This document shows, piece by piece, positions 51,617-61,034 of a DNA stretch of 64,000 nt (positions within the stretch are counted from its first letter, which is position 1; every line of letters begins with the position of its first letter). The notes under the pieces are model-generated. The model worked only from the letters and a program-made list of their open reading frames with translations. It did not search any database and was not told where the DNA came from. Position numbers and translations under genes: made by a program. Source of the DNA: an uncultured Desulfatitalea sp. (GTDB lineage Bacteria > Desulfobacterota > Desulfobacteria > Desulfobacterales > Desulfosarcinaceae); assembly GCA_963668675.2 (NCBI GenBank), contig CAXXMB010000002.1, positions 2,240,001 to 2,304,000 of the forward strand. Reading direction: 5' to 3'.

Positions 51617-51714
51617 GGGGTCGCCTTTCGAATCGGAATAGCGTGTCGTGGCTACTACTCTACTACTCCGACGGCGATGAATCAACGGCGATAAATCAAT
51701 TGGGGCGTGGCGCT

Positions 51715-52104
51715 TTATCGCTGCAGCATGTTCTTCAGGCTTCGGGTGATCTCTTCGGCCGATGCGGGTTTGAGAAGGAATTCGTCGGCATCGGCGTACA
51801 TCTGGTTGTTCCGGGCAAAGCGGGTGGAGGTGACCGGCGATGTCTCCGCGGTGAGAATCATGATGGGGATGTGACAGTAGCTGTCATCGCTTTTGAGCGC
51901 TTTGCAGACGGCAAAGCCGTCCGCTTCAGGCATGATGACATCGAGCACGATGGCATCGGGCGGACTGGCCTTGACCTTCCGCAGGCATTCGAGCCCGTCA
52001 TAGGCCACCTCCACTTCGAAACCGGCCCGCTCCAGTATGCGCTGGACCAGGGCGCAGTGGTCGGGTTCGTCGTCCACCACCAGAATCTTTTTTTTGACGT
52101 TCAT
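51715..52104 (-). CDS. single-domain response regulator
   Basis: ILVVDDE, LDVIMP, LTA, LKP. Confidence 0.9.
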   Translation of the reverse strand: MNVKKKILVVDDEPDHCALVQRILERAGFEVEVAYDGLECLRKVKASPPDAIVLDVIMPEADGFAVCKALKSDDSYCHIPIMILTAETSPVTSTRFARNNQMYADADEFLLKPASAEEITRSLKNMLQR

Positions 52105-52214
52105 GGGGCGCATCCACGCTGGAGCGGAACGGCCGTGCACCCGGCTCGAAAAGGCCGGTCGGATGCACGGCGTGATCGGTTATGCTCAATGTCGTTAACT
52201 TCAGCGGACGCATC

Positions 52215-52307
52215 GGGCGGGCATAAAGCACGCCCCTACGGAATTTTAGAAGAGATGCAGCCGGCAAACATGCGCTACCCTTGTAGGGGCGGGCTTTACG
52301 CCCGCCC
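52215..52307. repeat. GTAG-type REP doublet
   Basis: GGGCGGGCATAAAGCACGCCCCTAC ... GTAGGGGCGGGCTTTACGCCCGCCC. Confidence 0.85.
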
Positions 52308-52418
52308 GGAGTGGTATCGCATAAACCTTAAGTCAATGACATTGCGGCCATACTGGCAACACACCGGCATGCGGCCATTGAGATGGCCGCGTTTACAGGA
52401 GGCGGTTGCTGACAGGTT

Positions 52419-53360
52419 TTAATCGACTTTGGGCCTGGGCAGCACGCCGGCCCGCTCGGCGATCTCGGGCACCTTGTGCTCCCATTCGATGGCCATCAAA
52501 TGGACGCCGGCCACGCCATCCATCTCCTTGAACTCTTCGATCTGCTCGATGGCGAACTTGATGCCCTCTTCGGCCATCTTGCCTTTGCCGGCGCCTTCGA
52601 TGCGTTTGATCAGCTCGGGGGGTACATCCATGCCCGGCACGAATTTGGCCATGTATTTGGCCATACCGGCACTCTTCATGGGGGTCACCCCTGCCAGGAT
52701 GAAGGCCCGTTCGGTCAGCCCCATATCCACGGCGCGCTTCATAAAGTCACGAAAGCGCGGCATGTTGTATATGCACTGGGTCTGGATGAAGTCGGCGCCC
52801 GCGTCGATCTTGTTGGCCAGGCGGTAGACGCGGAACTCGGTGGGGTCCCCGAAGGGGTTGCTGGCGGCGCCGATGAACATCTTGGGCGGCTCGTCGATCT
52901 CCTCTTCGTTGAGGAACTTGCCCTCGTCGCGCATCTTCTTGGTCAGCGCGATGAGCTGCATGCTGTCGAGGTCGTAGACATTTTTCGATTCAGGATGGTT
53001 GCCGAACTGCTGGTGGTCACCCGAGAGGCAGAGCATGTTGCGGATACCCAGGGCGTAAGCGCCCAGGATGTCGCTCTGCATAGCGATGCGGTTGCGGTCG
53101 CGGCACACCATCTGGAAATTTGGCTCCAGGCCGGCCTGGACCATCAGGGCACTGGCCGCTTTGCTGGACATGCGCACCACGGCAGTCTGGTTGTCGGTGA
53201 CGTTGATGGCGTCGACCACATCGCGCAGGGGCGCCATTTTTTCGTTGAGGTGCTCCACGTTCGCGCCTTTGGGGGGGCCGCATTCACCGGTAAAGGCAAA
53301 GTGGCCGGCCTTGAGCACTTTTTCCAGGTTGCTTCCGGATTTGTAGCCGTTGTCGCTCAT
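52419..53360 (-). CDS. metF: methylenetetrahydrofolate reductase catalytic subunit
   Basis: ECGPPKG, NVTDNQ, CRDRNR, LSGD, GADFIQTQ. Confidence 0.92.
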   Translation of the reverse strand: MSDNGYKSGSNLEKVLKAGHFAFTGECGPPKGANVEHLNEKMAPLRDVVDAINVTDNQTAVVRMSSKAASALMVQAGLEPNFQMVCRDRNRIAMQSDILGAYALGIRNMLCLSGDHQQFGNHPESKNVYDLDSMQLIALTKKMRDEGKFLNEEEIDEPPKMFIGAASNPFGDPTEFRVYRLANKIDAGADFIQTQCIYNMPRFRDFMKRAVDMGLTERAFILAGVTPMKSAGMAKYMAKFVPGMDVPPELIKRIEGAGKGKMAEEGIKFAIEQIEEFKEMDGVAGVHLMAIEWEHKVPEIAERAGVLPRPKVD

Positions 53361-54025
53361 TTTACCAACTCCTCCCTTACGCTTCTGCGGGGTCCGCCGT
53401 CACGGGACGTGCGCCAGTCTTTGGCCGCCCAGTATTTGCGCAGGTCTTCCAGGCGTCCCTGCTCGGTCTTCTTGCGCACGATCAGATCCCAGATACAGAC
53501 GATATCTTTGGAGACTTCGCATTTGCCGCCGGCGCTGCCGCCGCAGGGCCCGTGCTGGAGGCTCTTGGAGCAGCGCGCGATGGGGCACATGCCGTCGAAA
53601 AAGTGGGTGATGCAGTTGCCGCACCCTGCACAGCGCTCCTCCCACATGCCGTGCTGCGTTGCGCCGCCCATGAAGGTGGTGTTCACGGCGGGAAAGAAGC
53701 GTTGGTTGGGATAGGCTTCGGAGAGGAACTGGGGGCCGACCCCGCAGGCCATGGAGAAAACGGCGTCGAACTGCTCGCATGTGTCGCGCAGCTGCTCCAC
53801 GTATTCGGGATCGCACTGTCGCTCCAGGACACGTTCTTCGATCTGAATCGGCCGTCCCTGATTTTTACGTGCGATGCGCAGGGTCGAGGCCAGGATCTGG
53901 ACCTCTTTGAGGCCACCGGCGTTGCACACCGTCACGCACCCCTTGCAGCCGACCAACATGATGTTGTCGTACGGCTCGATCATCTCCTGGAGCTCTTCCA
54001 GGGGCTTTCGGTCAGCAATTATCAT
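53357..54025 (-). CDS. metV: MTHFR accessory Fe-S subunit MetV
   Basis: GCKGCVTVC, RQC, ACGVG, CAGCGNC...CPIARCSK...GPCGG; overlaps metF. Confidence 0.9.
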   Translation of the reverse strand: MIIADRKPLEELQEMIEPYDNIMLVGCKGCVTVCNAGGLKEVQILASTLRIARKNQGRPIQIEERVLERQCDPEYVEQLRDTCEQFDAVFSMACGVGPQFLSEAYPNQRFFPAVNTTFMGGATQHGMWEERCAGCGNCITHFFDGMCPIARCSKSLQHGPCGGSAGGKCEVSKDIVCIWDLIVRKKTEQGRLEDLRKYWAAKDWRTSRDGGPRRSVREELVK

Positions 54026-54115
54026 GATTCACCTCTTATACGGTTTGCCTGAAACACCTTAACGGGTTTTCAATACCTTCGCTTAAAACTGAACACTTCA
54101 AACTTTAAACTTGTT

Positions 54116-54535
54116 TCAATTGCACGGATTGAGCGGGCTCGGTCCCATCGCCTTGGCCCGTTCGGTCATTTCAGTGGCGATTTCGGCGAAGCGCGGGCCC
54201 TGGGCCGACGAGAGGTTGTACATCTCGACGCGTCCCTCATCCATGTTGATCTCTTTGAGCGTGCGCTTCACATACTCGACTTTGCGGCGGGTTTTGATAT
54301 TTCCTTCCAGGAAATGGCATTCACCCTCCAGTCACCCGGCCACATAGACGGCGTCGGCACCGTCCTCGATGGCCCGCAACAGGTGCAGAATATCCACGCG
54401 GCCGGTGCAGGGCACCTGGATCACCTTGACGTTGGGCGGATAGTTGAGCCGCATGGAACCCGCCAGGTCGCCTGCTGCATACGCGCAGTACTTGCAGCAG
54501 AAGGCGACGATCTGGGGTTCGTAGGTTGCACTCAT
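54116..54535 (-). CDS. mvhD: MvhD-family Fe-S subunit with in-frame UGA (probable selenocysteine)
   Basis: FCCKYCAY, PCTGRV, AG-U-LEGECHF (TGA 54332-54334); frame continues to the stop at 54116. Confidence 0.9.
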
Positions 54536-54637
54536 GGCCTTGTCCTTTCATCTGTTGGTTATCTGTTGATTCTTTAAATGTCTGCAATTTTGCTTTCGCG
54601 TCATTCCGGTGAAAGACGGCATATCGTTTTTCACTGA

Positions 54638-57600
54638 TCAACCGGCCAGACATTCGGCGAACAGGGCGTCGGTTTTGGCGATGAGTTGCTCATCGGTAAA
54701 GTGCTTCAGGGTGATGGCCTTTCCCGGGCACTCGGATACGCAGCAACCGCAACCCTGGCACCCGGCCGGGTCGATGATTGCATACCCCTCCTGGCCGATA
54801 TAGGGCACATGGTAGGGGCAGGTGCGCACGCAGGTGAGGCAGACCGCGCAGCGGTCGGGGTCGACCACGGCGGTAATGCCGCCCACCCAGATGGCCTCCT
54901 TGCTCAGAATGGTGGATGCTCGCGAAACGGCGGCCTGGGCCTGGGCGATGGTCTCGTCGATCGATTTGGGGTAGTGGGCCAGGCCGGCCATGAAGATGCC
55001 CTCCGACGCAAAATCCACCGGCCTCAGCTTGGCATGGGCCTCGACCAGGAACCCTTCGGCGTTGATCGGCACCTTGAACAGTTCGAACACATTTTTGTTT
55101 TCGTTGGGCAGCACGGCTGTGGCCAGGACGAGCAGATCCGGATTCAATTCGATGGGGCGCCCCAGGATATGGTCCTTGACGGTGAGGCTGACGGTGTCGC
55201 CGTCCACCGTAACCATGGGTGGGGCCTCCATGTCGAAGCGGATGAAGATGACGCCCATCTCCCGGGCCTTGCGGTAGAGATCCTCACGGAAGCCATAGGT
55301 CCGGATGTCGCGGTAGAGGATGAAGACGTTCATCTCCGGCTTCTGCTCCTTGAGGGCGATGGCCGATTTGACGCTGTGGGTACAGCAGATGCGGCTGCAC
55401 GACGGCCGCTCGGGTGTTCGTGAGCCCACGCACTGTATGAAGGCGGCCGTATCGGCGTCGCCGATGCGTGCGTCGCCGGCGGTCATGGCCTCGTCCATCT
55501 CTTTGTGGGTGAGGATGTTGGGATGCTGGCCGTACATGTATTCGGTCGGTCGGTACTCTTTGCCGCCGGTGGCCAGCACGGTGACGCCGTGCTCGACCGA
55601 TACGGTGTTCGTTTTCTCACCGGCAATGGCGATGCTGGAGTTGAAATTACCGAGGATGCCGGTGGTTGCGACCACTTCGCTGTTGAGAAAAAGGCGGATG
55701 TTGTCGTGGCCGGTCACCCGTTCGATCAGCCCCTGTACGTAGGGGGGTACCTTTTCACCTTGCCAGGTGGACCGCAGCCACAGGGCGTTGCCACCCAGTT
55801 GGTCGCTTCGTTCCACCAGGTAGGCCTGAAACCCCTGGTCGGCAAAGCCCAGGGCCGCTTCCATGCCGGCCACACCACCGCCGATCACCAACCCGGCTTG
55901 GGTGACATCCAGGCTCACCTGATGCAGCGGCTCAATATATGCGGCTTTGGCCACGGCCATGCGCACCAGGTCCTTGGCCTTTTCGGTGGCCTTTTCCGGG
56001 TTGTTCATGTGGACCCAGGTGTCCTGGTCGCGGATGTTGGCCATCTCGAACAGGTACTTGTTCAAGCCGGCTTCGCGGATGGTCTCCTGGAAGAGCGGTT
56101 CGTGGGTGCGCGGCGAGCACGAGGCCACCACCACGCGGTTGATGTTCATCTCCTGGATGACGTCTTTCATCTTGTCCTGGGTGTCCTGGGAGCAGGTGAA
56201 GAGGTTGTCCTCCACATGGACCACATGGGGCAGGGTTCGGGCGTATTCGCGCACGGCCGGTACGTCGGCCACGCCGCCGATGTTGATCCCGCAGTTGCAG
56301 ACGAAGACGCCGACGCGCGGCGCCTGATCGCTCACATCCAGCTCGGGCGGCAGCTGCTTGGAGCGGATCAGGGTGCCCCGGGCGGCGGCCAGGTTGCGGG
56401 CCGCGGATGAGGAGGCGGCCGAGGCCTCCATGACCGATTGGGGGATGTCCTTGGGGCCCTGGAAGACGCCGCACACATAGATGCCGTCCCGGTTGGTGGC
56501 CACCGGGGCCAGGTCGCTGGTCTGGGCGAATTTGTGGGCATTGAGCTCTACACCCATGGTGCCGGCCAGCCGGATGGCCTCTTCGTTGGGTGCCAGGCCC
56601 ACCGAGAGCACCACCATGTCGAAGATCTCCTCGATCAGTTCGCCCTCTTCGTTCACGTAGCGCAGCCGCAGGTTGTCGTCTTCGACAGGATCGATGGTGT
56701 GGACCCGGGAGCGCACGAAGCGCACGCCCTTTTCGTCCTTGCAGCGCATATAGTAGCGCTCGAAGTCCTTGCCGTAGGTGCGCATGTCCATGAAGAAGAT
56801 GGCGGTGTCCAGATCCTTGTTGCTGTGCTCTTTGGCGATGACGGTCTGTTTGGCCGCATACATGCAGCAGACGGCCGAGCAGTAGCTGTGGTCGCACTGG
56901 TTGATGTCGCGCGAGCCGATGCACTGCAGCCAGGCGATCTTATCCGGTTCCTTGTGATCCGAGGGACGCATCAGATGGCCTTCGTAGGGGCCCGAGGCCG
57001 ACAGGACGCGTTCGAACTCCAGCGCCGTGACCACGTTGGGGTGGTTGGCGTAGGAGTAGTATGCATGCTTGCTTGGATCATAGGGGGTGAAGCCTGGCGC
57101 CAGGATGATCGAACCCACCTCCACCTCGGTTCGTTTGGGCAGCATGTCGTGGTTGACCGCCTTGGCCAGGCAGGCGTCCACGCACTGGTAGCACTCGGAG
57201 CAGATGCCGCACTTGAGGCAGCGCTCGGCTTCGAGCTTGGCTTCGTTCTCGTCGTAGCCGTACGAGACCTCCAGGAAGTTGCACTCGCGCGCCTCGGGGT
57301 CGAGACAGCGGACGGTGACCCGCTTTTTCTTCTCTTCGTGGGCGGTTTCGGGTTTGACGAACTCCCACTTCTTCTCGCGGCCCTCTTTCAAATCCTGGCC
57401 GTTGACGAAGCGGTCGATGCTCTCGGCCGCCTCTTTGCCGCAGGCCACGGCGTCGACCACTGACTTGGGGCCGTAGAAGGCATCGCCGCCGGCAAAGACC
57501 CAGTCGATGGGGGTTTGCAGGGTGACAGGATCGGCTTCGAGGCCTCCGGGACGCGACAGGGCGATGTTCTGCTCTTTCAGTCCGGAGGTGTCGGTGCTCT

Positions 57601-59101
57601 GTCCGATGGCGATGATGATCGTGTCGCCGAAAAAGGGCTGGCAGGCGCTGTCGTCGTAGGCCGGGTTGAAACGGCCGTCCTCGTCGAACACGGCCGTGCA
57701 GGTCTTGAACTCGATGCCTGACACCTTTTTGTTCTTGTCGATGAAGAAGCTCTTGGGGCCGAAGCTGTTGACGATCTGGATGTCGCCCTCCATAGCCTCT
57801 TCGATCTCGTGCTCCCAGGCCGGCATCTCTTCTCTCTTTTCCAGGCAGATCAGGGTGACGTTCTTGGCCCCCTTACGCTTGGCGGTCAGGGCCACGTCGA
57901 TGGCCACGTTGCCACCGCCCACCACGATCACATCTTCGCCGATTTCCACATCCTTGCCCATGGCGGCATCGCGCAGAAATTCAACGCCCTGGAGCACACC
58001 CGCGGCGTCCTCGTTCTCCACGCCCAGGGCCCGACCGCCATGTAGTCCGATCGCCATGAAACACGCCTTGAATCCGTCCTTTTTAAGGCTGTCGAGGGTG
58101 ATGTCCTGGCCGAAGGTGACGCCGCATTTGATCTCCACACCCATCTGGCGGATCATGTCGATCTCGGCCGCCAGGATGTCGCGCGGCAGGCGGTACTCAG
58201 GGATGCCCACACGCATCATGCCGCCGGGTTCGGGCAGCTTTTCAAAGATGGTGACCGGGTAGCCTTTCAGGGTCAGGCTGTAGGCGGCGGTCAATCCGGC
58301 CGGTCCCGAACCGATCACGGCGATCTTCTCTTCGCGCTTCTCCGCCTCGATCTCGGGGATGTAGGTCTCGCCGCTCTGCTTTTCGTAGTCGGCCAGAAAG
58401 CGGTGCAGTTCGCGGATGGCCAGGGGCTGGTCCACATCGTTGCGCGTGCATTCGCCCTCGCAGGGGTGGTGGCACACCCGGCCGCAGACACCAGGGAAGG
58501 GGTGATCCTGCTTGAACAGCTTCAGGGCCTCTTTGTAGCGGCCGTCGTTGATCAGGGCGATGTAGCCCTGGATGCTCACATGGGCCGGACAGGTGGCCTT
58601 GCACGGCGCCGTGCCGCGCTTGTCGATGGCATAGGCGCTGGGCATGCCCTGGGGGTAGAGCTTGAAGGCCGCCTTGCGTTCGCGCAGCCCTTCGTCGAAG
58701 GCGTTGGGCACGTCGATGGGGCAAACTTTGGCGCACTCTCCGCAGGCCGTGCATTTGTCCAATTCGATATAGCGGGGCCGCTCGAGCAGCGTCACTTTGA
58801 AGTTGCCTGCCTCGCCTTCGACCTTCTCCACCTCGGTGGTGGTGAACAGGTCGATGTTCAGATGGCGGCCGGCCTCGACCAGCTTGGGCGAGATGACGCA
58901 CATGGAGCAGTCGTTGGTTGGAAAGGTTTTGTCGAGCTGCGCCATGACGCCGCCGATGGCGGTTTTGCTCTCCACCATCTTGACCAGATAGCCGGAATCA
59001 GCCAGATCCAGTGATGCCTGAATACCGGCAATGCCGCCGCCAACCACCATGACGGACCCTACCACACTCTTTTTCGCATCGGACGTTTTTTCAGATTGCA
59101 T
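54638..59101 (-). CDS. hdrA: large heterodisulfide reductase A-like flavoprotein (HdrL type, with GltD-like insert)
   Basis: LDKTFPTNDC, ferredoxin motifs, GRVCHHPCE/GSGPAG insert, QCIGSRD...CSAVCC, second HdrA half with CSRICC. Confidence 0.92.
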   Translation of the reverse strand: MQSEKTSDAKKSVVGSVMVVGGGIAGIQASLDLADSGYLVKMVESKTAIGGVMAQLDKTFPTNDCSMCVISPKLVEAGRHLNIDLFTTTEVEKVEGEAGNFKVTLLERPRYIELDKCTACGECAKVCPIDVPNAFDEGLRERKAAFKLYPQGMPSAYAIDKRGTAPCKATCPAHVSIQGYIALINDGRYKEALKLFKQDHPFPGVCGRVCHHPCEGECTRNDVDQPLAIRELHRFLADYEKQSGETYIPEIEAEKREEKIAVIGSGPAGLTAAYSLTLKGYPVTIFEKLPEPGGMMRVGIPEYRLPRDILAAEIDMIRQMGVEIKCGVTFGQDITLDSLKKDGFKACFMAIGLHGGRALGVENEDAAGVLQGVEFLRDAAMGKDVEIGEDVIVVGGGNVAIDVALTAKRKGAKNVTLICLEKREEMPAWEHEIEEAMEGDIQIVNSFGPKSFFIDKNKKVSGIEFKTCTAVFDEDGRFNPAYDDSACQPFFGDTIIIAIGQSTDTSGLKEQNIALSRPGGLEADPVTLQTPIDWVFAGGDAFYGPKSVVDAVACGKEAAESIDRFVNGQDLKEGREKKWEFVKPETAHEEKKKRVTVRCLDPEARECNFLEVSYGYDENEAKLEAERCLKCGICSECYQCVDACLAKAVNHDMLPKRTEVEVGSIILAPGFTPYDPSKHAYYSYANHPNVVTALEFERVLSASGPYEGHLMRPSDHKEPDKIAWLQCIGSRDINQCDHSYCSAVCCMYAAKQTVIAKEHSNKDLDTAIFFMDMRTYGKDFERYYMRCKDEKGVRFVRSRVHTIDPVEDDNLRLRYVNEEGELIEEIFDMVVLSVGLAPNEEAIRLAGTMGVELNAHKFAQTSDLAPVATNRDGIYVCGVFQGPKDIPQSVMEASAASSSAARNLAAARGTLIRSKQLPPELDVSDQAPRVGVFVCNCGINIGGVADVPAVREYARTLPHVVHVEDNLFTCSQDTQDKMKDVIQEMNINRVVVASCSPRTHEPLFQETIREAGLNKYLFEMANIRDQDTWVHMNNPEKATEKAKDLVRMAVAKAAYIEPLHQVSLDVTQAGLVIGGGVAGMEAALGFADQGFQAYLVERSDQLGGNALWLRSTWQGEKVPPYVQGLIERVTGHDNIRLFLNSEVVATTGILGNFNSSIAIAGEKTNTVSVEHGVTVLATGGKEYRPTEYMYGQHPNILTHKEMDEAMTAGDARIGDADTAAFIQCVGSRTPERPSCSRICCTHSVKSAIALKEQKPEMNVFILYRDIRTYGFREDLYRKAREMGVIFIRFDMEAPPMVTVDGDTVSLTVKDHILGRPIELNPDLLVLATAVLPNENKNVFELFKVPINAEGFLVEAHAKLRPVDFASEGIFMAGLAHYPKSIDETIAQAQAAVSRASTILSKEAIWVGGITAVVDPDRCAVCLTCVRTCPYHVPYIGQEGYAIIDPAGCQGCGCCVSECPGKAITLKHFTDEQLIAKTDALFAECLAG

Positions 59102-59235
59102 CGAAATTCCCCTATAATGTGTTTTTGGTCGCTTCCAAAAAATGTAGCCCGTGTCAGGGCCTCACCTCCGCACAAGGCGCAGCGTTATTGCATTGAGAAG
59201 GGATGATCTGTTTGCGATCAATCCACTTGAAATAT

Positions 59236-59252
59236 AGCAACGGATGTGCCAA
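59236..59252 (-). promoter_or_regulatory. sigma-54 promoter of the hdrA operon
   Basis: minus strand TTGGCACATCCGTTGCT, a consensus match. Confidence 0.85.
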
Positions 59253-59465
59253 ATTGGAACGAATCGGCTGATTATATAAAATATGTTATTAATTCAGTTA
59301 GATATTTAATTTTATGGTCGCGACCATGTTGAGGCTGGTAATGATGGCAGGTTTGGATATTATGCCAAAATGGGGCGGTATCGACTTTTTTACTATTAAT
59401 ATAAAGTAGTTAACTATGTATATGCCATTTTGGAATGAATGCATGAAACCGCTCCAAAATGGCAC

Positions 59466-59537
59466 GGGCGGGGATAAACCCCGCCCCTACGAAAAATTGG
59501 TGGCGATCCGTCGTACGGGCGGGGTTTATCCCCGCCC
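59466..59537. repeat. GTAG-type REP doublet
   Basis: GGGCGGGGATAAACCCCGCCCCTAC ... GTACGGGCGGGGTTTATCCCCGCCC. Confidence 0.85.
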
Positions 59538-59569
59538 GTAACGGCATACCGGCAAAACAGGTTGATTCG

Positions 59570-60946
59570 ATGAGCAATCCCATCATATTGGTCGACGACG
59601 ACCGTGACTACCTGGAGCTTCTGGCTGGGAAGCTGCGCGACCTGGGCTTCGGCAACCTCTATCTGGTGGATGACCCGCTGGAGGCCGCTGCCGCCTTCGA
59701 CAGCGGAGTGCCCTACGACCTGGCCCTTATCGACATGACCATGCCCGAAATGGATGGCATGGCCCTGCTCGACCATATCAAGAACACCAGCCCGGGCACC
59801 GAGTGCATCATGGTCACGGCCATCAACGAGGCCCGCACCGCCGTGGACTGCCTGCGGCGGGGCGCATACGACTACCTGGTCAAGCCGGTGGCCAAGGATG
59901 TCCTGGCCCTCACCCTGCCCCGGGCACTGGAACGCAAGCGCCTGCTGGACATATTGGATCTGGAAAAGGGACAGACCCATCCCGAATTGCTCAATCCGGT
60001 CCCCTTCGAACCGATCATCACCCAGTCGGAGGCCATGCACCGCATCATCAAAGAGGCCGAGCTGCACGCGGCCAGCAATGTGCCCATTCTCATTACCGGC
60101 GAGAGCGGCACGGGCAAGGAGCTGCTCGCCCGGGCCATCCACACGGCCAGTGTCCGGGCGCAATATCCTTTTACACCGATCAACATGGCCTCGATCTCCG
60201 CAAATCTTTTCGAGGCGGAGTTTTTCGGCCACACCCGGGGCGCCTTTACCGGCGCAGCGTCTTCGCGCACCGGCTTTCTGGAGCATACCCACCGAGGCAC
60301 CCTCTTTTTAGACGAAATCGGCGACCTGCCCCTGGAGCTGCAGGGCAAACTGCTGCGGGTGCTGCAGGAGGGCGAGTTCTCCCGGGTGGGCAGCAGCGAG
60401 CGCACCAAGGTGGACCTGCGCTTCATCGCGGCCACCAACGAGGACCTGGACCGCATGATGAAGCGCAAGGCGTTTCGCAAAGATCTTTACTACCGTATTC
60501 GCGGGGGCTGGCTGCATCTGCCGCCCTTGCGCGAACGGCCCGATGACATTCCCCTGTTGGCCGATGCTTTTCTCGCCAAATATGAAGAGCGCCCCACAGG
60601 CAAACGGCGCATGGCGCCGGGAGCGCTGGAGCGGCTCATGGCCTATGGTTGGCCGGGAAACGTGCGGGAACTTAAATCGATCATTCAATCCGCTGCCAAC
60701 CTGGCCCAGAACAAGCCCATCGACCTGGTTCACCTGCCCGAACACATTCGCATGCTGCCCAAAGGGCCCAAGGCCGCCGGCAGAGAGGCGACCGGCCAAC
60801 CGATGCGGCCGCTGGCAGAGGTGGAAAAAGAGCACATCTTGTCGATCTACAACATGCTCGATCAGAACAAATCACAGGCGGCCAAAGTGCTCGGCATCGG
60901 GTTAAACACCCTCCGGCGAAAATTGGCGTCCTATGAAACCAAATAG
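59570..60946 (+). CDS. sigma-54-dependent response regulator (NtrC family)
   Basis: receiver, GESGTGKE, GAFTGA, LFLDEIG, WPGNVREL, Fis-type HTH; start ATG 59570. Confidence 0.95.
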   Translation: MSNPIILVDDDRDYLELLAGKLRDLGFGNLYLVDDPLEAAAAFDSGVPYDLALIDMTMPEMDGMALLDHIKNTSPGTECIMVTAINEARTAVDCLRRGAYDYLVKPVAKDVLALTLPRALERKRLLDILDLEKGQTHPELLNPVPFEPIITQSEAMHRIIKEAELHAASNVPILITGESGTGKELLARAIHTASVRAQYPFTPINMASISANLFEAEFFGHTRGAFTGAASSRTGFLEHTHRGTLFLDEIGDLPLELQGKLLRVLQEGEFSRVGSSERTKVDLRFIAATNEDLDRMMKRKAFRKDLYYRIRGGWLHLPPLRERPDDIPLLADAFLAKYEERPTGKRRMAPGALERLMAYGWPGNVRELKSIIQSAANLAQNKPIDLVHLPEHIRMLPKGPKAAGREATGQPMRPLAEVEKEHILSIYNMLDQNKSQAAKVLGIGLNTLRRKLASYETK

Positions 60947-60984
60947 GTGTATGGGCACGACGCATCTTTCCCATACACCGTTTT
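60946..60984 (+). terminator. putative terminator hairpin
   Basis: GGTGTATGGG...CCCATACACC followed by GTTTT. Confidence 0.55.
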
Positions 60985-61034
60985 ATGTATTACCTATTAG
61001 GACAGATTGAAATTACACCATAATATAATACGCT

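Noticed and set aside
59459..59569. N-terminal extension of the sigma-54 regulator
   Set aside because: It is a translated REP doublet; the receiver domain begins at 59570
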